Assembly: GCA_963920595.1 (NCBI GenBank)
Contig: OY986946.1
Location: forward strand, 2,666,001-2,730,000
Source: Eimeria praecox
Taxonomy: Eukaryota
DNA length: 64,000 bases
Direction: 5' to 3'
A program made the position numbers and the translations under genes. Shown piece by piece: positions 55,201-64,000 of the stretch. The notes under the pieces are model-generated. The model saw only the letters and a program-made list of their open reading frames with translations. It did no database searches and was not told where the DNA came from. Position 1 is the first letter of the stretch; each line of letters opens with the position of its first letter.

Positions 55201-58200
55201 CGCCTGTGCATATTTCATGCAGACACGTCGGGGAGATAGCAGGAAGGGTAGGTTCTAGTTCCAGTCTCACCAATTGACTGCATTGGGGTGATGAGTAGTT
55301 TCTGGTTTCATTGTCTCTTACCTAGCATTCGATCCCTGGCGGTAGCAGGATTCCAGTGTTTAAGAGTTTCTAGGATGCGGCAATGGACTCTCAGCTCTTG
55401 CTCCAGAGACTCGGAGTCCCCCTCAGTCCCTTGTGTGGCATTCAACTGACCCAGGAGGGTTTGCACCTTTTCTTCCTGCTCCTGCAAACGGCTCTCCACA
55501 AGCGGGCCAAACGCCTTGCGGAGTCTGGCCGCTAGGGCACGCAGAGGCATTCTGTGAGGGAACCCCGAATGCAGAATATCCACCAGCGCCAATGTCCCCG
55601 AATGCTGCAGCTGAACAACAGAAGCAGGAGCAAAGAGGCGAAAACGGGGGCTGTTGATCTGGGCATTTCGCCTCCGCACTCAGCGGCAGCCCCCGCGACT
55701 CTTCCTCCCTCGCTGTCTAAAAACGACCTTGATTCATGACCTTGATTCGGTCATTCCCTTTATTACGACAGACCTCCTACCTGATGCAACACTGTCTTCC
55801 TCTCAAACTTATCAGGCTTCATCTGGCCGTTGGGAATGAAGCATCGTATGAAGTGAAGCTGCATCTGGGGTCCTTGCAACTCCTGGTTTAGGTCCTTCAC
55901 GCTCTTCAAGAAGCGTTTTGTTATGGAAGAGAACTGGCCGCCACCTGCGGGTGCCACGCATACTCCCTCCTGCGTTTGACTCTCCTCATGCTGTTGCATC
56001 GCGTGCCGCAGAAGAGACTTCGTGGACTTCGCCACGAGATTCTCCAGCTCGTGCTCGACCTAAGAGCGCACAATATTGGTGGGTAGCAGATCATTGCAGT
56101 CAAAGCAATTTCACTGCACAGAGGAACTCATCACAATGCTGTTTGTTTGGGGTGGATGCCTCACTCTGTCGTTGTTCAAATCGAGCCAGCCATCGGTGCC
56201 ATACAGGACCGTGCCAGCAAAGTGCTTGACAGCGAAAACCCTCTCCTGTACTTTGCCTGCTGCCGATTGGCCTCCTATCAATCCCCCTCCAGTTTTCCGC
56301 GTCTGAAGCTGTTGCGCTCCCACGAGGCCGATAGAAGCCAGATAGTCCTGCTGCAGATGCTGCAGCAGAGTCCCGTTGGCAGCAGCCTCTGCTGCTTGCA
56401 TCCCGTTGGCACCTTTGAGGCAGAACAGGATGTGCTGCTCACGCGTGCCTGCAGTTTCTTGACTGCCGCGTTGCACGTGGTGCATGCATTTCTGAGTCTG
56501 CGTGGGCTGCGTCGAGGAGGAGCAGTAAGTGAACAGGCCATTCCAGAAGTGAGTGTCGTCTCTTGCTTGCCCCTGGGCCAACAATCGGCAGGAGTCATCT
56601 AAGCGCCGGAATACGCCTTCCTGTAGATCCCGCAGCAATGAGGGGGTGTCTGGCAGACTGGAGAGGAGACTGAGCTCAAGGTCTGCCTTAAATGATCCGC
56701 TCTGCTTTGTTCTTCCACCTGACGGTTGCAGGTCTGCTGCCTCCTGCTCTGCGTTTTGGCGCTGGTGCGCGAGCTTGTTTCTTGCTGCCACCGCCGGGCT
56801 CGTCACTCCTTCTCTAGTGTACAGGGCCACCTCTTCTTCTATGACCTGCTGGACGAATAGCTGTTGTTGCCTCTCATTCGCGTAGTTGATGCAGAGCTGC
56901 TCCAGTCCGTTTTCCAACCCAAAGGATTCAAACCCGTATATGTCAAGGACTGAAACACATGGCACAGGAAAGCGAAGCCAGCCACTATAGGGCCGGCGCC
57001 TTTGCCGGGGTGGCCTTCCGGGCACACGCTCACGAACATCATATTGCGGTGCTCGTCACAATGTGACTCAATCGTAGAAAATGCGAAGATTCTTCGTTAG
57101 CCAACACGGAATGAAATGGGGGCAGCATACAGGGCAATGTGACTTGCAGCTGCTGGCGTATGACGCTTTACGGCTGATGCTTACTGCCAATTGTTTTGCT
57201 CCCTGTGGTAGTTTCTTCTAGTTGCTGTCCAGGAGTTCCCAGATGACGTGCAGCACACTCGTTCAGCCGACGCACTATGTGGTCAAAGAGGCGGCTATAG
57301 ATGAATTTGATTAGAGAACAGCGAGTGCTGGCGCTTTGCTGCTCATTCCTGTGTGTGAACAGGGTATCTCCCTTCAAAAGCATACAGCGACACTGTAGCA
57401 AAATTTTGAGTCTCTCTTCCTCCAGCCCAAGCAGAAAAGATGCGTTTTTAAGTGCCTCTTGCGAGGCTGTGTCCTGCAGCTGCAAAATCTCCCCGTGGTC
57501 CTTTGTAAGGGAAACATTAGACAGGTGGAGCAGCCCTGCCAGCAGTTGCAGCAACTCAGTGATTTCTGCATTTGAGAACTCCGCATGCTGGAAACCCTTC
57601 ACCATTAACCTAAAATTCTCCTGCACAGGAAACCACACATGCCGCATATGCCCAAACAAATGAAGGACGAATTTGAGCACTGCCAGGAAATGGGGCGTCT
57701 TCAAGCAACTCGACTAAGGGCTTTGAAAGGGTAGAATATCCTGAGTGGGGCATCCTCTGTAGGCGTCTCTGCAAGCAGCGTATGGAACGCTTAGTGGAGT
57801 TCAAGAAATGCAAACCGCATGAACAGAGTTTGTCGGACCTGGTCGACTTCAGGGGGAACGTGCGCATTGTCCTCAGCATCATCTACTCCGTTCGGTTCAG
57901 CTGTGTTTTGTTCTTTGGAGAAGAGCTTATGCAAGAAATTGTGGGTCTCTGAAGGCCTTAACATTCGGTAGGCCTCTTCGTCATTTGCCAGCATCATGGA
58001 GCTGCGTAGCTCTTCAGTCGTGCCTGAAATAAGGGGCAAAACCAATAATAATGACTATGTAATGCGCACTTAGAATGGTGCCCTATCTGTGGATCGTTCG
58101 CTGCCACTACGGACAGGAACATGCCACATCAATGAGGCCTTCAAAAAACATTATCCTCATGCTAGAGGCAAGGGTTACAAGCTCCAAGGCATGATACTTC

Positions 58201-59968
58201 TCTTACCTCTCAATAGCTGATAGAAGACATGAAAGTTCCTGTCGCCTCTTTTGTGTGCTGTGATGCGCGAAGCTTCTAGCAAATAGGTCCTCAAGCTCCC
58301 ACCCCTCAGCAGGCCTCCGCTATCAAAGTGGAGGAGTGTGAGCCGGCCGATTCGACTGCTGTTGTGGTTTCTCCTGGTGGCAGCGTTTCCAAAGGACTCA
58401 AAAATAGCATTGCAAGAAACAATCCGTTTCTGTAGCTCCGTTGCTTCTTGCAGTGTTTGAACACCTCCAAGAAGTGCTGCTACCTCCGTCCGTTGCCCTG
58501 ATACCGTCTTAGGCGCACCTGAATCGCTGTGAGAGCTTGCTGCACCGCCAGAGATCCCCCCCAGCGTATCGTTAGGGGATGTTGACACGTGAGTAAGGAA
58601 AAGCATAATCTGCTTGCTCGTTTCGGTCTTTCCCGCTCCACTTTGCCCTGAAACTACAATAGTCTGACTAGTCTGTGTCCCCACGAGGCGGCGCAGAGCT
58701 TCCTCTGCCACGACGAAGGGGTGCGGTGGCGGGCGGTTTCGGCTCGCGGTTGTCTCCTTGAAGGCTTGTTCAATAGCAGTTCCTAGGTTCCGTGACTCAG
58801 ATACTGCTGGAGTGTCACCGTTATAAGGCTTTGTGCCTTTCATCCAAGGATTGAGTTCGGGGGAATCCGTGCGAGTATGGAAATCGCTAGCATCGGAACT
58901 AGGGGGTCTGGAAACAGGTAATACTCCTGGGAGGCTATCCAGTATGGAACGGATCGCGGTGGCCGAATCCGCTTGGCCGGACTGCTGCCCCCCTGTGCTT
59001 GCAGCTTTGTCTTCATTAAGCTGACGCCGGTATACCCGAGCGATTTCCCTCCAATGCCGATACAAGGAGATTTGCTGAGCGGAGTACAAGTAGGGCAACG
59101 GCTTGTAAGGGTTCACAGCCAGCAACACGTTTGCCGCGTAGGTGTAAATCTCATCACGGAGGTACCTATGTTGAAGCAGCTGAAGGAGAGCGGCAGCAGA
59201 CAACGTTCCGCAGCAAGCGCTGTCATCTGGCATTGGGTGTGGCGGCAAAGGGGGAGCACTATAGGGCCATAGGTTGCTGATGGGAACTTCAAACGGGGGT
59301 TGGGAGATGAACCTTGAGCTGACACCATCGGCAGCAGCTGAAGCCGCATCTGCCACTTGGTGCTCCAGCGCTGTTGCTGAACTGGAATAGGTGAAGAAAT
59401 TGGATATTGTTTTGCGTGAAAACTGCTGGAGGATACCTGCTTGATCAGATGAGCTTCCAGCGATAATTGAACCTGCACAGTCTCGTACAGGAACTTGGGG
59501 TGAGGGCTCTCGAGTCCCATTTGAAACTTTGTAGTTGAATCTACTTTCATCTGCAGGTTTCTCGGACTTGAGCATACACTGTGCACTTTGATATTCATGG
59601 TTTTCTGTGTCACCACTTTGTGGGGCACTCGGACTTGAAGAGTTGTCGTGCTGCCGATGCATACCATCGTGACTTCCATACAGGTTTCCGGAAGACGAAC
59701 CAGATGGAATAAATCCTGTGGCGGCTTCCTTGATCACCGTGGCGGCTGCCTCTGCTGCAGCCACGCTCCTGGCACCCTCTGGATTCACCTCCACAAATGC
59801 TCGCCTTGTACTTAAGTCTACATGGGACACGTTCACTGTTGAGAAGCCCTGATCGGTGTTCTGGACCCAGGCTAAAGATCCAACTGTAAACTGCGCTGCT
59901 GACACGGTGTGAAACGCTCCACCTTGGATTCCCTTAGAATCTCCGTCTGCCTCTGGAGGAGCCGTCAT
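51838..59968 (-). CDS. Divergent unconventional myosin heavy chain with a putative beta-propeller (WD40-like) tail
   Basis: Phase-consistent exons: 59968-58207, 58023-57839, 57620-57185, 56949-56165, 56059-55781, 55610-55322, 55172-53236, 53106-52351, 51981-51838. Motor motifs are [22 protein letters not shown]-loop [89 protein letters not shown] and QLQHSG..GFPHR. Confidence 0.93.
52826..53663. repeat. Near-identical direct repeat, copy 1 (partner 62634-63471)
   Basis: Constant offset of 9808 bp with no indels. About 15 substitutions counted by eye over the first ~780 bp. The block includes the intron 53235-53107. Confidence 0.95.
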
Positions 59969-61955
59969 TTGCCAGACGATGCAGGGCAGAAACCTCTTGA
60001 AGCTGGCACAATAGAGTTAAACAAGTCCAGATTTGTCCTTAGCATGTGACTTCACTTATTGTTTCGAGCGGGGGATCTGCTAAATTTCGCTGCATCGAGA
60101 CTTCGTGCTCATCTGACTGCTGGGTGTTGTGGGCAACCTGTGGAGGAAAGAAGCCTATGAAACTTAAATTTCTCTATCAGACCACATTTATAAGGTATAT
60201 AAAAGTATGGCAAATGGCGAGCTGCTGGTTTCAAGCCCAACCGTGTTGACCCCTGTGCAATAAAATGTTGCGCGTCCAGCCAGATATGCGCTATGTATTC
60301 CATAGCGTGCATCCCAAGCCCGATATTCCCACAAAAATGGAACAGCGGTGGAAAAAGGAGACTTGGTGAATGAAATGTTGATTATTTCACCGTTGGGATG
60401 GCCGGCGAGCAATCGGGTGAGGGAAGCCTTTCGAGGTGACCAGTGACTAGGTTGTTGGCTCTGGCCGAAGGACCACTGCTACCTCGTCTAACCCCCCGGG
60501 CACAGCCCATCTTTCAGTTCACCCCCTTTCATGCTCGGAAATAATTTCTATATGCTCTCCGCGATAGCTATTGCTTGGCTTCCCCATCTCAGGAAAAGAC
60601 GCAGGTGGCTGTTGGCACCATTCGCAATCGCCAAGAGGCGCACAGCTCGTCGCGACGACAGGATTTCCACCGAACACAGCCGAGTTAGAAAGAGCAATTC
60701 GTCTCCATCCCTTCTTAATTTTTTTTATTTTGAATTATAGGCCAAACACGTTTGAGCAGCTTTGGTTTCTCGCCGCCCGCGCTGATGGCTTGGCGGTCTG
60801 AATATATTGCTCAGTAGGTTCTGTTGCGTGTGTATCTGGCTACTTTAACTGCCCTGACCCTGCATCAATGCAATTAATGTAATTATTTGCTGTTACGAAG
60901 TAGTTAGAGGCCCAACTCCATGCCCGGAGGCTAGTCGCAATGACCATCAGGCCTTGCAACACGGCCTCGACGGGATAACTGGTGGGTTGGAAAAGGCGCC
61001 ATAGATTTTCATATCTTCTTGCTATTGGAAGCCTAGTGGCCTGATTAGTGGCATAAATTCGGCCTCCAATTGCAGGCTTAAAGAGTTGTTTTGTAGCAAT
61101 ATGCTGCATAGTATGCCAGCATTCGCAAGGGCTAGTCAGAGTGCAGAGCATGGAGAGAATAACTCATTTTCCCTACACCCCAGCTTGCCTATTCACTGTG
61201 AAGCAAAGTGCATAGCATGCGTATGGCTTGAAAGGATTATCATTAGCAACATGCCTTAGTTGTTGAGGACTAGAACTTCAAAAATTGGCTGGCCGCATGC
61301 AGAACCCGCGCTCACGGGCGTGCATGTTCTCACCAGGTTGACAGCATTGAGAAGAAGAAATGTCCATGTACTGCCAAGAATCGTGCGTAGCTATGTACCG
61401 TTTTATCTGTGCCAGGTTGTCTGAAATAAGTTAAGGACATCCGAGGTGGCAACGCGCTAGACGAAGCCCCCACAAAAGGGCTGCATGGGTTTTCTTTGGT
61501 CATCTATCTTAACTCCGATTGTGAATTTTCCCTGTGAAATCTGATTTAAAAGCAAGGGAGTAGCTTCCACCTATCCCCCAGTTTTCTGTAATGCTAGCAG
61601 CTGCGAATCTGGACCTGCTGCAAACTTCCGCGTATATAAATGCATGCTTTTATGTATATTCAGGTACTTACCATTGTAAGTGCGGCTCTAGGAGAGTTGG
61701 ATTATGTTGAAATATCGACACTGGGACGAATTTGCACAACGAAAGGTATTTTAAGGCGATTTTCGCGGAGCTGGCCAGCCACAGTGCGGCTGCCTTCCGG
61801 AGGGTGAGTCTGCAGAAAAACAAATGTGCGCGGAAAAAGCGAGGAATAGGCTTCTCACTTAAGGGCGTTTTGTGCACCCTTAAGGCAGAAAGATAGATTT
61901 AAGGATGCTTATAATATGTCCTGAACGCTGCAGAGGGTAGTCTGCACATCACAGG

Positions 61956-64000
61956 TCAGTTGAGCAAGTCGAAGTCTCCAACAGTGTTCCAGTTCCCTTT
62001 TTCGTCTCCCAGGCATAAACTGAAGATGCCTGGAGGGCGAAGATGCTGCAGCAGACACAAGGAGCAAATCCGCATATGTTACAGATGAAGTGCATGCTTT
62101 CAATGTCAAAGAAAACATTTGATACCAGACTCCGAAAGAAGGGATAACTTACGACAGAAGCCAAGACACCCGAGTTCAGGCATGTCACAGCTAAAACTTG
62201 GCCTTTTGAATCTGCATTGTTAGGCATAGGCTGCAGGTTGTTCGGTTCCAATTCGCGGACGACTCTTCCGGTATTCTTGTCGACCATGGCTACCCGGTAG
62301 GTGTTAAAGTCTCGCTTAAGGGACTGGATTGGATCACTTGGATACCCCGCATCACTTGATGTTTGAGACTTCACGCCCGACTGATCAATATCGGAACTGC
62401 TGCAGGCACTTCCGCTCGTGCTATCGTCACTTTCCGCGTACCCACTGGCGCGACCAGGCCGATTTTGCGAAGCCGCGTTAGCTGGTAGGGGGGGTAGCAA
62501 AGATTCCCCTTCCCAAGGAAATGCCCTCAGCAAACGATCCCTGTTCTCTATGCCGAGCCTTTGGAGGTCAGCTGAACAACAACCCTCTTCCGGTCCCTCT
62601 CGCAGGAACTGCAGGACAGGGAACGGCAAGCTGATCTGGTCTAAAAGCACAAGGTTCCCCGAACTAGTGATGGGGTCGCCACCCCTTTCACTCCACTGCA
62701 ACAGCAGCAACAAGTTGTCTGCTGTGGAAAGCAGCAACAGGCGCTGCATCTTGGCCTCAAGAGACCGCGCCGCTTCTCCAAAGGGCATCATCTGTAGAGC
62801 CTGTATGATCGGGTCAGTGCCAGTGAGTGAACTGAGATGCGGCGGAGCTAGGCGGGTGTATGTGCACCCGGTCAACCACACATCCGCGAGTTCAAGGGTC
62901 ATCCCCTCCACGCGCTGCAGGACACGCAATACAACACAAGACGGGCAATACCACTAAGCGGCTGATGCGAGCACGCAAGCGCAAGCACGGTTTTGGGGGG
63001 CATCTGGCAAGGTGGTAGGGCTCTGCTGAACAGAATTTGTTACCGGCACGGAGGACATGTTCCATAGTAGGCGCAGCGGGGGATCCCTGGCGCAGGGCTG
63101 GTTTTCACAGTCCGCTGGTGGATGATGCAGGAATCTGAGGTTGACTGAGAATACAGCCAGTAGAGAGGGCCCTGTAACGGCCCATAGGCTGCCCCATAGC
63201 GGCTGCAAGCGAACTGTGGAGAGCATGGTGCTTCGGTGGCGAGTTGTAGGTCGGTGGCATCGCGGGGACTGGTGCTCGTCGGCAGGGCTGCCGGTATGTC
63301 CAGTATTGTTGCAGAGAGATGGCGACAGGGCTGACTCAGAAAGCTGTTGAAGGAAGGCAGCGTTGCGGCGAGCACAGATAGATATGTCATGAGATGCAAA
63401 AAATAGGGGAATCCAACCAGCAGGCGCCCTCCTCACTAAATCTACTAGGACAGCAATGAGCTTCCCCATGGTGTTGGTGGTACTGCTGTTGCTGCTGCTT
63501 TTGCTGCCGCCTTGGACGAGGCACACAATAATGACATAATCAGCTGTGACTGGATTCGCAAACGAAATACTCAGGGGCCTGACAGTGAGGGGCCGCGCTT
63601 GACCTGCTTCAGTCTGGTGTTGGAGAGACCGGGTCACCTCATGTAGGAGATCCCGTGGTAGCCATTTCCCAGGTGGAATGGGCGTCGACGGCAAAAACTT
63701 TGTGGGAAAGTTGAGTTCTTTTGAACGGGATCTGGGAACCGAAGATGGCGAGGATGGAGGCTTGCCCTTCATCCCACAAACTTCCGCTGATCCCATTGAG
63801 CCGTTAATTCCATTAGTGTCCACCGATTGGGGAGAAGCTAGCGAGGTAGGCGCTGCGGAAGGGAAAGCAAGGCAAGGTAGAGAAGTCGACGGTTCGCCAT
63901 AATCCTTGGAGCCACCTTTTGCAGATCCCTTTACGCTCTCTTCTGCCTCTTGCCTCTCCTCCGGCTCAGATGCAGCTGTGGAAGCAGTTGAAAGCAACAG
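61956..64000 (-). CDS. 3' part of a tandem paralogue sharing the myosin tail domain (5' end outside the window)
   Basis: Exons >64000-63044, 62914-62153 and 62045-61956 have the same intron positions as the myosin tail. Shared peptides include PPGKWLPxDLLHx[16 protein letters not shown]..., RLLRxFPWE and last-exon LCLGDEKGNWNTVGDFDL versus [18 protein letters not shown]. Confidence 0.85.
62634..63471. repeat. Near-identical direct repeat, copy 2 (partner 52826-53663)
   Basis: Same sequence from ATCTGGTCTAAAAGCACAAGG to GACAGCAATGAGCTTcCCCATGG. Confidence 0.95.

Overview
Eukaryotic, intron-rich genomic DNA, almost certainly from a coccidian apicomplexan of the Eimeria type. This is inferred from dense CAG/CTG repeats encoding homopolymeric amino-acid runs, intronic telomere-like AAACCCT/TTTAGGG arrays, TGCATGCA palindromes and a sharp repeat-rich (1..~45.9 kb) to repeat-poor (~46 kb..end) transition. 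Most ORF-track entries are repeat artefacts. Splicing exons by hand and masking the repeats gives these genes: an aspartyl-tRNA synthetase with a possible bipartite organellar leader (-), a low-complexity ORF with a possible C-terminal histone fold (+), condensin subunit CAP-G/Cnd3 (+), a full-length RICTOR/Avo3-like TORC2 subunit (-), an SLX4-like nuclease scaffold (-), tRNA-Gly(GCC) at the segment boundary (-), a divergent unconventional myosin with a beta-propeller-like tail (-), and the 3' end of a tandem paralogue sharing that tail through a ~98% identical tract. Non-coding patterns worth follow-up are a dispersed GGTGT-N4-ACACC palindrome, GGGGCCCC palindromes, and introns bracketed by inverted telomeric arrays in a fixed order. 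All protein identifications come from motif recognition by eye, not from database searches.
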